Origin: Pelagomonas calceolata
Taxonomy: Eukaryota
Direction: 5' to 3'
Length of the DNA stretch: 64,000 bases
NCBI GenBank assembly: GCA_918797485.1
Contig: CAKKNE010000004.1
Location: forward strand, 2,170,001 to 2,234,000
Every line of letters begins with the position of its first letter. Within the stretch, counting starts at the first letter, position 1. Positions 42,208 to 52,445 of this stretch are shown piece after piece. The translations under genes and the position numbers were made by a program. Under the pieces are notes generated by a model. That model searched no databases. It was not told where the DNA came from and was given only the letters and a program-made list of their open reading frames with translations.

Positions 42208-43743
42208 ATGCCCACCTCCCCAGGGTCTCCAAGCGTCGTGGGCCGCCCCGTCGTCGAGGATCCCTACGGCGACGACTCGCAGGACGACCAGTTCGAGGAG
42301 ACGACGACCAGTTCGCCCATTCGCGACGTCGGCGCCGGCCCTCCGAAGGCAGCGACACCGAAAGCAGCGACCCCGAAGCCGCGCACGCCCAAATCCGCGA
42401 CGCCCAAAGCCGCGACGCCCGCGAGATCGTCCATAGACGATGATGAGGATGATGGCTACGACGACGACTTCAACGAGTCTCCCCAGAAACCGAAGAAGAC
42501 GGCCGATCGGCCCCTGAAAATCGGCTCGTTAGTACTATCTGTAGAACAAGCTAAATTGATGAGGGTCGCCGACGAGGACGAATTGATGGCGCGCGCGGAC
42601 AAGACCCTCAAGAAGGGCCGAAAGGCCCCCGTGAAGAAACATACCATCGACATATTGAGTGAACCCAACCCAGCCAAGTTCAGTAGGGAGCGCTACGAGG
42701 CCGAGAAGATGTTGAGACGGGAGGAAGCGCGCGTCGAGCGGGAGAGGAAGGCGCGCGAAGATCGCGAGTCCGCGGAGAAGGCGGGCATTGACGGCCTCGG
42801 CGACGAGGCGAAAGCGGAACCTACAACAAGATTGGACGCCGTCACGCAGAACAAACTCATAAGGAAGGCTCGTAGACAAGGCTTACCGGACGACCACTAC
42901 CTCGGATCGACGCAGCGAGAGCTGAAACGGCCCGAGCTCCGAAAGCCCGGTGGATGGCTCCGCGAAGATGATGCAGTAAATTGCACGTTCCAGCCCAAAG
43001 TAGCTACCGCCGAATCGTTGCGGGCTCAGAGAGCTTGCGGGTATGAATTTGCGAGGGATAGTGGTAAGAAGGCGGACGGCGACGAATTTGTCGAGCGGTT
43101 GGCTCGGAGTGCGCGCCATAGTCGACGAGCGAAGGAGGAGGCCATTGGGAAGCAGGAATATAGCTATAGATTGGACAAGAAGCAATGTCCAAAATGTGGT
43201 GCTGTCCAGAGTTATGATGAATACGTAGAGCGCTTTTCGAAGGGCCGGAACTGCCAGGAATGCCACGTGCCCTACAGACATAAGAGGCCCGCCGGGTCGA
43301 AGGGTCTGGATGCCTGGCTCGAACGGCAGGACAAGGAGTTGCAAGCGCAACGGGAAAGGCGCAAGGAGCTCGTGCGGCGGCACGAACAATCACTGAGGAA
43401 GGACGAGTTCGGCTCGGAAGAAGCGCTCAAAAAGATGAACAAGTACCAGAAGGAACTAAGAGCGAAGGTCGAGCAGGGGCCGTCCTTCCTAGAACGGTTA
43501 GATGAGGACGTCCGACGGCGCAAGGCCGCGAAGGAGGCGCGCGCGGCGGAGAAGAAGGTCACAACCCGCAAAACGGCCTGGGAGGAGGACCTAAACCAGT
43601 TCCTGCGGGAGGCGGCGGCCGCGGCTCCGGAGCCCGAACCGGTGGAACGGCCTATTGTACGAAAGAAGAAGGTGTCGTCGAAGCCTGTACGTCGGGGCCT
43701 GCGCGTGCGCGGGCCGGGGCATCCCAACGTGGCGGACCCCTAG
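42208..43743 (+). CDS. Charged coiled-coil protein with CxxC..CxxC zinc ribbon, unknown function
   Basis: 511-aa ORF; CTFQPK, CPKC..CQEC. Confidence 0.75.
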   Translation: MPTSPGSPSVVGRPVVEDPYGDDSQDDQFEETTTSSPIRDVGAGPPKAATPKAATPKPRTPKSATPKAATPARSSIDDDEDDGYDDDFNESPQKPKKTADRPLKIGSLVLSVEQAKLMRVADEDELMARADKTLKKGRKAPVKKHTIDILSEPNPAKFSRERYEAEKMLRREEARVERERKAREDRESAEKAGIDGLGDEAKAEPTTRLDAVTQNKLIRKARRQGLPDDHYLGSTQRELKRPELRKPGGWLREDDAVNCTFQPKVATAESLRAQRACGYEFARDSGKKADGDEFVERLARSARHSRRAKEEAIGKQEYSYRLDKKQCPKCGAVQSYDEYVERFSKGRNCQECHVPYRHKRPAGSKGLDAWLERQDKELQAQRERRKELVRRHEQSLRKDEFGSEEALKKMNKYQKELRAKVEQGPSFLERLDEDVRRRKAAKEARAAEKKVTTRKTAWEEDLNQFLREAAAAAPEPEPVERPIVRKKKVSSKPVRRGLRVRGPGHPNVADP

Positions 43744-44165
43744 GCTTTCGTTTGTGGGGGGCTAAGTATCCGACCGCGGAATAGGGAGTCGCTCATTGGG
43801 GCTAGCCCCCCGCGGCCGCGGCCGCGGCGCGCGAACAACCCGCGAAACGCACGGCTAGGCGTCCGACGACGATCTGACCCCTGGCGTGCTACGCGTTCGT
43901 CGCGAGGGACGCGTGAGCCGGTTGCTCGATGTTCGCGGCCCAGGACACGAGCTGCCTGTGGAGCAAGCAAGCGTCGGCTCCCATTGGCCTTTGAGTGCAG
44001 TTGAACGCGAAGCAGTCGCGTTTGGCAGCCGTCAGGCACTTGTCGCCGACGGGGTTCCAACCCCGCAAGGTTTGGAACCCCACGCGTGCGCTCGGAAGCT
44101 TTGGAGAGCGTCTCCCGCACTGCGCAATTGTTCGCCGTCAAAATCGCCGTCGTGCGCGGCGTGCC

Positions 44166-44585
44166 ATGACGACGCCCACGCAAGGGGCGCTGCCCTCGAC
44201 GGCGCCGCAGCGCTGGACCTGCCGATCCTGCAACTACGACCACACGTCGAGCACCGAGGTAACGATGGCGGTCTGCGCGGCCTGCTGTACGCCCAAGGCG
44301 CCGCCGCCGCACCGGCGCAGCGTCTCCTTCAGCGATGTGGACACGATCGACGTCGTCGAGCCAGCCAACGAGTGGCCCGACGCCGAGCGCCGCGGCATGC
44401 GCGTGAAAATTGCCAGAGACGACGTCGACTGGTCCCAGGTCCCTCAGAAGCGGCCCGACGACGACGGCCCGCACGTGCTCGGCGTGGCGCTCGACTACGA
44501 CGGAAGAGCCTACGAGGTCCGGGTCCTCGACGCCTACACGGCCTGGCTGCCGCGCTACCGCTTCTCCGTCGTGTCTGACTCTTGA
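44166..44585 (+). CDS. Small protein with N-terminal RanBP2-like zinc finger
   Basis: WTCRSCNY...VCAACCTP; GC3 bias. Confidence 0.6.
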   Translation: MTTPTQGALPSTAPQRWTCRSCNYDHTSSTEVTMAVCAACCTPKAPPPHRRSVSFSDVDTIDVVEPANEWPDAERRGMRVKIARDDVDWSQVPQKRPDDDGPHVLGVALDYDGRAYEVRVLDAYTAWLPRYRFSVVSDS

Positions 44586-44934
44586 GTGCTCGACGCTACA
44601 TGCAGAGCACCGCTACATATCCCTCGCTACGACTGGTGCATGCGAACACCATGCACAAACGCACCGCCAATCACCGCGCCCCTTGCTGCTCGACGCCCAA
44701 TGCAGAGCACGTATCTATCTCCCCCGCAGCCGCGAGAAATCGCGCCACGCGGCGCCTCCCCTCTGAGCACCTAAGTATATATCACACTCACATTATGGCC
44801 CGCGCAATTCGCGGCCCAGAGGATACCTGGCCAGCCTCGGCGCCATCGAGCAGTCTCAGCGCCTAGCGCCGCACCTGCTTCAGCAAATAAATTCCGAGTC
44901 GCGGCCCAGAAGCATCGACGCCACCGAACAGTGT

Positions 44935-47604
44935 CTAGAGCCGCACCTGCTTCAGCACGGGGTTCTCGTCGAGGCAGTACGCGAGCGCGACCGCCGCCGG
45001 CTCGAGCAGGGCCAGCCGCGGCCCGCTCGCGGAATCGACGCCCGAGCCTGTTAAATCCAACGTCTTCAGCGACCGGTTCTTCACCAACGCGTTGGCGACC
45101 TCCACGAGCGCCTCGGGGCCCTTCTGCGTGAACTTGTTCCGCGACAGATCCAGGGAGGTCAAGCCTCTATTGGCGCGGAGCATCCTTCCTAGGTCAACGC
45201 CCTCACTCAGGGCATTGGAGCGCAGGCCCAGCGTTTCGAGCGAGAAGTTTCGCTCCAGAGCATTTGAGATGATCTGCAACCCATCGTCCTGGAGCTTGTT
45301 GAAGTCCAGTATTAGTTGTTTGAGGTTGCACTTGAGCGCGGTTAAAGCCGACGCGCACTCCCTCATCGCATCTAACGACCGTTCCCGATTGTAGCCGACC
45401 CAGGAGTCGCACAAGCACGCGTGGGAGAGCTCCAAGACTTCCAAAGGAGGACAACATTTTTTAAGGGCTTCGAACAACGGGACCGCGCCTTCCACTCTGA
45501 GAATTGTTTTATTTAACACCAGCCTTATCAGTTGGCACTTCGGCGTCCGCAGGGCCTCGGCCAAACAGTCACACGACCAAGGGACACAAACGCCATTGCC
45601 GGGAGCTTCCACCGCGACGAGTTCAGGCTGCGCCCGTAGCCCCCGCGCTAAGAAGGCGGAAGTGCACATGTCCAGGCCCTTGGCGTCCAATATGACTCCG
45701 GGAGATGCTGGTCTGACAATACTTTCGTCCTCCACACCCGAACCTTCCCGCAGGTCGATCCAATCCAGACATTCTAAAGCGTGCGAGCCTTCGTAGATAG
45801 CCTGCGCGAGGCCGTCCTTGCCGGCCCTATCGTCGATGTGGGAACCTCGCAAATCTAGAGAACGCATGCCTCGTCGTTGCGCGAGGTGCTTGGCTAGCCT
45901 TTTGACACCCCTGCCATCGTAGCAGCCCCGGTCTATGCCAGTATCATCGACAAAGGTGCCTTGGAGCTTGTTATCTCTGAGTGATACAACTCGGATGTGT
46001 TCGGCAGAATCAAGACCCATCGCCAACGCTTCCAAATGAATAGGTCCCAAATCATTGGAATCCAGGTTTAAGTACCTCAAAGTAGAGCACTTTTGCAATC
46101 GTCTACATAGAAACGTGACCTCGAAGGGCTGCCAGCCGTCGGCCTGGGAACAGGCTAAATTTGCACGTATACCATTTATGTCGATCCCGTTGAGCGCGAC
46201 CAGTCGCTCCGACTCTTCCACAGCTGCTGCTAACGCCGTACCACCAACCCCATCATCAATGGGGTTATCCCTCAGATCTAGGCATCTTAGACCGTCTCCC
46301 TCGAGCAGTGCGTCAGCGATGAACTTACAAGCGTCCTCGTCAACGTCGTTGTCTCTGGCTTCTAGTTCTGCCAGTAAACACAGCGGCTCCCGGATGGAAT
46401 ACGCGAGTTGTCTCACACCTTTCGAGTCCGTGCCGCCGTCCGTGAGCTGGCAGGTGTTCATTCGTAAAACGCGTAGCGCGCGGCACGTCCGCAAGGCATG
46501 CCCTATCGCTTCGCAGCCCGACGCGTGCACTGCAGAACCGTCCAGCGTTAAGGCTCTTAAACCTGGTCGCAGATCCGCGGACAGCGTGCCCGCAATTAAC
46601 CAAGCGTCCGCCTGCGACAGGTCCTGTAAAATTAAGTGCCCGCCCCGTAAGTTGACATCTCTCGCTTGCTTTGCAGATTCTTCGGCGGCCTCATGTTCAA
46701 TAGCGTCCACGTTATCATCTTTATCTGGTTCACCCTTCATCCCATAGAGTAGCTTGTAGATCGGTAACGGCGCGCCGTCCAGACACAGGACGTGGGGCGG
46801 CTTCGAAGCTTTCGACACAAGGACAGCGATGAACGCGCCATCCACGTCGGGGTGGACGTCCTTGGACAGGTCGAGTTCTTGTAAGTCACCATCTAAGATC
46901 TGATCAACGGGGAGCCACGACCGGCCAATCCTCAAACGTGTGGGAGGTCTCCGCAGCGACACGACACAAGAAGCTAAAGTCTGGGCAAACACGGTAGTGA
47001 TCTCCCGGTTCCACCCGACATCTAACACCTCCAGATCCAGGTCTCTCAGATTGTTACATATGTAGTCGACCCCATCGTCCGTGAAATCATTCCTACCTAA
47101 GTGTAATTCCCTCAGTTTTGGGCATCTACCAGCAGCAGAACAGAGTTGTTTGAGCGAGATATCATCAATCCCCGAGTGGTACAGATCTAACCCCGTCAAC
47201 GTGTCTTTCCTCTTGAGAATGACCTTGTCCAGCTCGAACAAATCCGACGTCGAACTCAAATTCAGAAAGTCGCCATCATGATTATGGTCATCATGATCTG
47301 CTTGAGTGATGGGAAATGCATCATATTGGTGGCCCTGATAATCATCTATCCGAGGCCCAGTATACGTAGACATCTGCCTTAACTTTTTTTCGGGCGTCCG
47401 CAACGACAAGGCTCGGTCGAACTCCTCGTCGTCCACAACTTCTATCAACTCCTCGTACTGCTCTCTGGCCTCCGCGACCATGCGCCGCCTCTGAGCTTCC
47501 TCTATTCTAAAAACGGCCTGGTCGCCGTCGATGGCGGCGAGGTCCCTGGCTGCTCGCGCCTTGAGGACGGCCTTCGAGGCTCTTGTTTTCGGTGATTTCA
47601 TCAT
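44935..47604 (-). CDS. RNI-like leucine-rich-repeat protein
   Basis: Many LxxLxLxxNxL repeats (LRELHLGRNDF, LRCLDLRDNPI, LTSLDLSRNKF). Confidence 0.88.
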   Translation of the reverse strand: MMKSPKTRASKAVLKARAARDLAAIDGDQAVFRIEEAQRRRMVAEAREQYEELIEVVDDEEFDRALSLRTPEKKLRQMSTYTGPRIDDYQGHQYDAFPITQADHDDHNHDGDFLNLSSTSDLFELDKVILKRKDTLTGLDLYHSGIDDISLKQLCSAAGRCPKLRELHLGRNDFTDDGVDYICNNLRDLDLEVLDVGWNREITTVFAQTLASCVVSLRRPPTRLRIGRSWLPVDQILDGDLQELDLSKDVHPDVDGAFIAVLVSKASKPPHVLCLDGAPLPIYKLLYGMKGEPDKDDNVDAIEHEAAEESAKQARDVNLRGGHLILQDLSQADAWLIAGTLSADLRPGLRALTLDGSAVHASGCEAIGHALRTCRALRVLRMNTCQLTDGGTDSKGVRQLAYSIREPLCLLAELEARDNDVDEDACKFIADALLEGDGLRCLDLRDNPIDDGVGGTALAAAVEESERLVALNGIDINGIRANLACSQADGWQPFEVTFLCRRLQKCSTLRYLNLDSNDLGPIHLEALAMGLDSAEHIRVVSLRDNKLQGTFVDDTGIDRGCYDGRGVKRLAKHLAQRRGMRSLDLRGSHIDDRAGKDGLAQAIYEGSHALECLDWIDLREGSGVEDESIVRPASPGVILDAKGLDMCTSAFLARGLRAQPELVAVEAPGNGVCVPWSCDCLAEALRTPKCQLIRLVLNKTILRVEGAVPLFEALKKCCPPLEVLELSHACLCDSWVGYNRERSLDAMRECASALTALKCNLKQLILDFNKLQDDGLQIISNALERNFSLETLGLRSNALSEGVDLGRMLRANRGLTSLDLSRNKFTQKGPEALVEVANALVKNRSLKTLDLTGSGVDSASGPRLALLEPAAVALAYCLDENPVLKQVRL

Positions 47605-48155
47605 GGCTGTGCTCAGGCAGCCCCTGGCTTGGGTGGGGGTGCTTTGGGGGCTGAACTCCGCTGTCGCGCGATCGGTGCGACTGCTGGGCGCCTCAGTGCG
47701 TATTTGTTCGAGCGATGCGGCTCTGAGGCAGCCCAATTATGCGCGCACGCTGTGCACAGCGGCGGCGGCTTGGGCTGGGCACAGGTCTCCCGGTTTTTCG
47801 TCTCGAAGGCGTCTGAGGCCGCTCAGGGAGGTGTGGGAGGCCTCTTTATTTGTCTGAGGTGGCGATCTGCCATCCTTCGTGAAAGCTCCAGTTTGTGGCA
47901 GTCTCTCAGACCATACTTTGCGAGGCGCCAGCGACGCGCATAGACATTGGTTCACCCACCGGCCACGCGCAGGAGTAGCAAGGACTGATATCATTCGCAT
48001 CTGGCCTTTGGCGCCTCATAAACGAGCCAGAACACAGCCACTGAAGAGATCTCCTGGCAGTGCTCTCACTGCGAATTCTCACCCACGGAACGACGAGCGC
48101 GGCCTAAGGAGGCTACGCAAAGCGCACACAGCGCTGTAAGAAGAAAAGCAAGACG

Positions 48156-48533
48156 ATGTCTCAACCGCCGCCGGCCGCGCGGGCCGCGCGACGCGCGTCG
48201 GCGCCCGAATTCGGCCAGATCGACGCTCACGCCGGCCAGCGCACGCCTCCGCAAGACCAGGCCGTGCACCACATTCACCGGCAAGTAGCCAAGCTCGAGC
48301 TCGAGCCTCGAGTGACATACGCACGCTCACCGTCGCTCGAGTGTCAGATGACGGCGCCGCTCGCCGCGCCGCCGCCACCCGTCTCGCCGCCGGGCTCGCC
48401 GCATCCTACCACAAGGAAGTTCTTCGTGTTCCCGGAAACGCAAGCTTCAGACGTGGTGCCGTGGCCAGAACGGTGCCGAAGCGCGCCGTCGGTGTCCATC
48501 GACGAGGTCCTCGCGCCGCTCACGCGCCTTTGA
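48156..48533 (+). CDS. Small Pro-rich hypothetical protein
   Basis: ATG-initiated 125-aa ORF, divergent from the LRR gene; no recognisable domain. Confidence 0.5.
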   Translation: MSQPPPAARAARRASAPEFGQIDAHAGQRTPPQDQAVHHIHRQVAKLELEPRVTYARSPSLECQMTAPLAAPPPPVSPPGSPHPTTRKFFVFPETQASDVVPWPERCRSAPSVSIDEVLAPLTRL

Positions 48534-48705
48534 CTTTGTGAAGGCAAGTATCTTCAGCCAGGATGAAGTGACTGTCCCCACCCCCGTTTGTCTGTAGTAG
48601 TGGGTCGCGGCGACGGCGTGCCCTGACACGCCGCCGCCGCGGGCCGCGCCCCCCTCCTGTGCCCTAAGATTGATTGTAATGAAATACATACAGGGGAGGC
48701 GGCGC

Positions 48706-50604
48706 CTAGTCGTTGAGCGCCTTGTCGAGCGCCCGCGCCCTCGCGAGCTTCTTGACGGGCGAGACCGTGCCGCGCCGCTTGCGTCGTTGTAAGGTCACGT
48801 GGATCGTCGCCTCGCGCGGGCAGGGCGTGAACATGCTCAATAAACTCGTCCGGCGCCCCGTGGTTGGTGGTGTCGGCTCCTCCGCCTTTACCGGTACTGA
48901 GACCGGGCCGACGGACTTTTTCAGCGACAATCTCCGAAGGGGCGCCACGTTCACGGGCTCGAAGTTGCAATCTAGAGCTGGTTCTTCCTCCTCATCGCTG
49001 TCTTCTTCTTTACTGTCGAAGACGTCGGTCTGGACGTCTTCCCGCGACAATTTTAGGAGCAACACTCGATCGGAAGCAGCGACCACGGTCGCAGCTCGGA
49101 AGTTTATGGACGTATGTAGGCCGTTTTCGCCGAACGCCGCACCTTGCGAGAGCGTCGCGACCTTCCGTCCGACGAGCCGCTCGGGTAGTGGTAAATCTAA
49201 CGTATACACGTCGGGGTTCTCTTCTATATACTCATCCACGGTCTCGACGTGCTCGTACTCCATACCCGCACTTTTCAAAGCCTCGATGGCCATGTAGTCC
49301 CTCTCGGCGCACTCCCGCGCGTGGCGCTCCCTTAACAGCCGTCTCCGTTCTTCCAGCTCGAAGGAACTGATCTCCTTCTTCAGCAGGTCAACACGAGAAG
49401 CCAACACGTCCTTCTTCCACTCCTTGAGCGGTTTTGTAGCATCGGAAATGAAGACGTCGACGTCGCCGCTAAACACAACGTAGAACGCGTCCGCCCGGTC
49501 GTCCTGCAGCACAACAGCTCTATCCTTCCGGAAGGCCTCTACGGTAAGATTCTGCACGAGCGACAGGCGCGTCTCCTTGGACAGAGAAGCGAAGAAGGGG
49601 TGCCCTCCCACCGCGTCGTCGATGGCCGCCACATTCGACTCCGTTCTTTCCGATGGAGGTACTTTCAATGTCTCAAGTAATGCACGAGAAGGCGGCTTAA
49701 TTGATGAACTTGTAATGGGATGGCCCATGAGGTCGTGGCGACACAGCTCCAGCAGAATCGTACGAGACGAGGCCGACACGCACGTCGCGGATCGTTTCGC
49801 CGTGCCCGAGGGGTCCATGCCGTTCTCGCCGAACGAGTTGCCCTGCCGTAACACGCCAACTCTTCCACCAATGACATAAGGGGCTTCTTCCATCAATTCG
49901 CTCTTGTTCCGCGCGATGCTACCGGCCGGTCGTTCCTTGAGCATCAGCTTCACCTCGCTCCGTTCCCGCCAGCAGTGCACGCTCACCTCGCCTTGATACA
50001 CGATGCAGAACGACTCCGCGGCGTCTCCTTGTACTACTATTATATCGCCATACTCATACTCCGCGCATTTCAGCGCCCGGCACATCTTCCGTCGCATCAA
50101 TGGTTTGAGGTCCTTGAAGATCGAGTGCCACGACACGTGTCGCTCGACGACGTCGACGTCGTACTCCGTTCTTGCTTCAGGTTCCGTCCGCAACACGCGC
50201 AACAGTTCTTCATCTACGAGATCGCCGAACGACTTTCTCAGACGACTAGCGGTCTGCTCGACGACGTCACCCGACATCATCGCCACGAGCCGCATGGACG
50301 CCTCGGCGGCGTTCATGTCCTTTGACGAACCGGCGACGAGCTCCTCCAACTTGCTCAGGTTCTTGGCACTATTGCCGTGCACGTCCCAATCCCGCGTCGA
50401 GCGGCCGCCCGCCAAGCGGTTGGCCGCGGTTGCCGCGCGCTTGCGCAGCGTCTGGCGCCGCATTTTGATGACCTTCGTCGGCTTCAAGGGTGCTACGTCG
50501 TCTTCTTCAGATGTGTGTGCTAGGATCTCCTCCTTGGTCGGTGCGAGCGGCGACGCGGGCAGCTCCTTCGTGTCCGTGGAGAGGTCCAGGCCGACGGCGG
50601 CCAT
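48706..50604 (-). CDS. Protein with two cyclic-nucleotide-binding domains
   Basis: IVVQGD..FCIVYQGEV..SFGE..RSATC and VVLQDD..FYVVFSGDV..AFGE..RAATV. Confidence 0.88.
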   Translation of the reverse strand: MAAVGLDLSTDTKELPASPLAPTKEEILAHTSEEDDVAPLKPTKVIKMRRQTLRKRAATAANRLAGGRSTRDWDVHGNSAKNLSKLEELVAGSSKDMNAAEASMRLVAMMSGDVVEQTASRLRKSFGDLVDEELLRVLRTEPEARTEYDVDVVERHVSWHSIFKDLKPLMRRKMCRALKCAEYEYGDIIVVQGDAAESFCIVYQGEVSVHCWRERSEVKLMLKERPAGSIARNKSELMEEAPYVIGGRVGVLRQGNSFGENGMDPSGTAKRSATCVSASSRTILLELCRHDLMGHPITSSSIKPPSRALLETLKVPPSERTESNVAAIDDAVGGHPFFASLSKETRLSLVQNLTVEAFRKDRAVVLQDDRADAFYVVFSGDVDVFISDATKPLKEWKKDVLASRVDLLKKEISSFELEERRRLLRERHARECAERDYMAIEALKSAGMEYEHVETVDEYIEENPDVYTLDLPLPERLVGRKVATLSQGAAFGENGLHTSINFRAATVVAASDRVLLLKLSREDVQTDVFDSKEEDSDEEEEPALDCNFEPVNVAPLRRLSLKKSVGPVSVPVKAEEPTPPTTGRRTSLLSMFTPCPREATIHVTLQRRKRRGTVSPVKKLARARALDKALND

Positions 50605-50885
50605 GGTCGCTGCTCGTTTCGTGGCCAAGGGCAGCTCTTGCGCGCGTACGCCCTGCGTCTTTTGGCCCACTGAGCCTTGTTGCCAGCCCTCGCGTCGGCG
50701 GCGCTAGTGGCGGGCCTCTTGTGCGTTTCTGAGGGCTCTCGGCTGCTCCGAGAGGCCCTGGCGTGTAGTTGTGGGCGCAGGCCTGCAGGCCACAAAACCC
50801 GAATGCGCAGCAGTTGTGCGGCCTCCAAAAGCGGAGCGCGCGCGTGAGCCTCGTACGAGTGGATTCGTAGCGTTTTGCGGACACG

Positions 50886-51742
50886 ATGGCTCAATATGGT
50901 ACGTCACCTCCATCATACCTCGAGACGAGCCGTTGCCGTGAGCCACAGCCGGCAAACACACTGCCGGATGAGACCCACAGAAGGAGTCGCGCGACGGCTC
51001 GACGCCGGCGCCGCGCCGCCCAAGCCGCACACACGCGCCGCGCGCGCCCCGCCACCCACCCCAGACGCCGCCGCGGCGCCCCACCCCCGACGCGGCCGCG
51101 CCGCCCGCGCAACGCCCAACCTCCGTAGGCAAGACGTCCTACTGGGACGAGCGCTACACGAAGGACCCCGAGCCGTTTGATTGGTACCAGCGCTATTCCG
51201 GCATCCAGGAATTACTGCAAAAGTACGTGAAGAAGGACGACGCCGTGCTCATGGCCGGCTGCGGCAACTCGCGACTGTCCGAGGACATGTTCGAGGACGG
51301 CTTCGCGAACATCTCCAACGTCGACATTTCAAGAGTGGTCATCGACCAGATGGGCGACAAGTACAAGGACAAGCCTGCTTTGACCTTCCAGCAGATGAAC
51401 GTGTGTAGTCTCGAATTTCCCGACGAATCGTTTGACGCGGTCATCGTCAAGGGCACGATGGACGCCATTTTATGTGGGGAAGGCTCGACGGCGAACGTCG
51501 CGAAGATGTGCATGGAGGTGTCGCGGGTGCTGAAGCCGTCCGGGATCTTGTTCGTGGTCAGCTACGGCGTGCCGGATAATAGAATGCAGTACCTCGAGAA
51601 CGAGGACTACTCCTGGACGGTCACGACGCACACCGTGCCCAAGCCCACGGTCTCCGCGACGGCCGTGCCCGACACGAAAGACGCGAACAGCGTGCACTAC
51701 ATCTACGTCTGCGCCAAGGGCGGCAACGCCGAGGAGGGCTAG
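50886..51742 (+). CDS. SAM-dependent methyltransferase, METTL13-N/EEF1AKMT4-like; exons 50886-50898 and 51129-51742
   Basis: 230-nt gtacgt..ccgtag intron gives MAQYGKTSYWDERY..FDWYQ; VLMAGCGNS, VDIS, KGTMDA, RVLKPSG; ends TAG. Confidence 0.92.
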
Positions 51743-51857
51743 AGTTGCGCTTCCTGAGTAACTTTTGCGCGAGGGACTTTTTACCGTTCATTCTTACAAC
51801 TACGCTCGGGCGGGTCGCGCCGTCATACGCTCGGGCGGGGCCGGATAACCTGCGCGG

Positions 51858-52445
51858 TCAAGTGTTCGCGCCGTCAACGACGCGGCCGCGCCCCGAGTAG
51901 GGGGCAGCACGCCGTCGACGTATCCGAAGGCACCCCGCGCCCGCGCCGGAGCGCGCCGATGACGTTGAGGAGGGCCGGGGAGGGGCGCCTACTGCTGCTT
52001 CGCCAGGAGTCCCGCGTGCCTGCGCGCGAAACGCCACCCGTCGCGCGAGAACAAAAACAGGAGAACCGCCCGAGGGAATCGAACCCCCACTGCGGGAACT
52101 AGAGTCCCGAGTCATTCCTTTAGACCAGAGCGGTTGTGTGAAGTGGAGGACACTGGTGGGCGCGTCTCGGTGCAGGCCACCTTGTAAAACGTGTGCACGC
52201 GCCCGCACGCGTCCGTCGCCGTGATCGTGCCGGCGGCCTCGTCGACGGCGATGGAGTCGCGGAACTTCGTGATGGCGGGGCCGCTCACGCGCGGGCAGTC
52301 CGCGGGCGGCGGCGGCACGCAGTCGCGCGGGTACCTACAGTAGCGATTTGTCACGCGGGTGCGCGTGGGACGCGGCCGCGGGACTGTTTCATGAAGTCGG
52401 ACTGAATCTGCGGGCGCGTGGCCGTGTAACGCGCCATTTTTTCCA
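51858..52445 (-). CDS. Small spliced hypothetical gene overlapping or hosting the tRNA (3' structure uncertain)
   Basis: Strong GC3 coding bias at 52181-52334; a 50-nt GT..AG intron 52384-52335 gives MARYTATRPQIQSDFMKQ|YPRDCVPPPPADC..HTFYK; possible second intron 52180-52020 contains the tRNA. Confidence 0.45.
52053..52057 (-). terminator. RNA polymerase III terminator (T5) of the tRNA
   Basis: TTTTT 6 nt downstream of the discriminator base on the minus strand. Confidence 0.75.
52064..52134 (-). tRNA. tRNA with CUA anticodon (putative amber/UAG-reading suppressor tRNA)
   Basis: Minus strand ACCGCTC TG GTCT AAAGGAA TGAC T CGGGA CTCTAGT TCCCG CAGT GGGGG TTCGATT CCCTC GGGCGGT T: 7-bp acceptor stem, D-loop GG, 5-bp anticodon stem with loop CT-CTA-GT (anticodon 52102-52100), canonical T arm, A15:U48. 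Confidence 0.92.

Noticed and set aside
51801..51839. Direct repeat TACGCTCGGGCGGG sharing 9 nt with the tRNA 3' end
   Set aside because: A short GC-rich match plausible by chance; only two copies, not a CRISPR array or integration site.
52064..52134. Reading the tRNA as tRNA-Pyl or as tRNA-Leu(TAG)
   Set aside because: It has a canonical TTCGA loop, D-loop GG and a 5-bp anticodon stem, unlike tRNA-Pyl. The stem places CTA, not TAG, at 34-36, and there is no long variable arm as in Leu.
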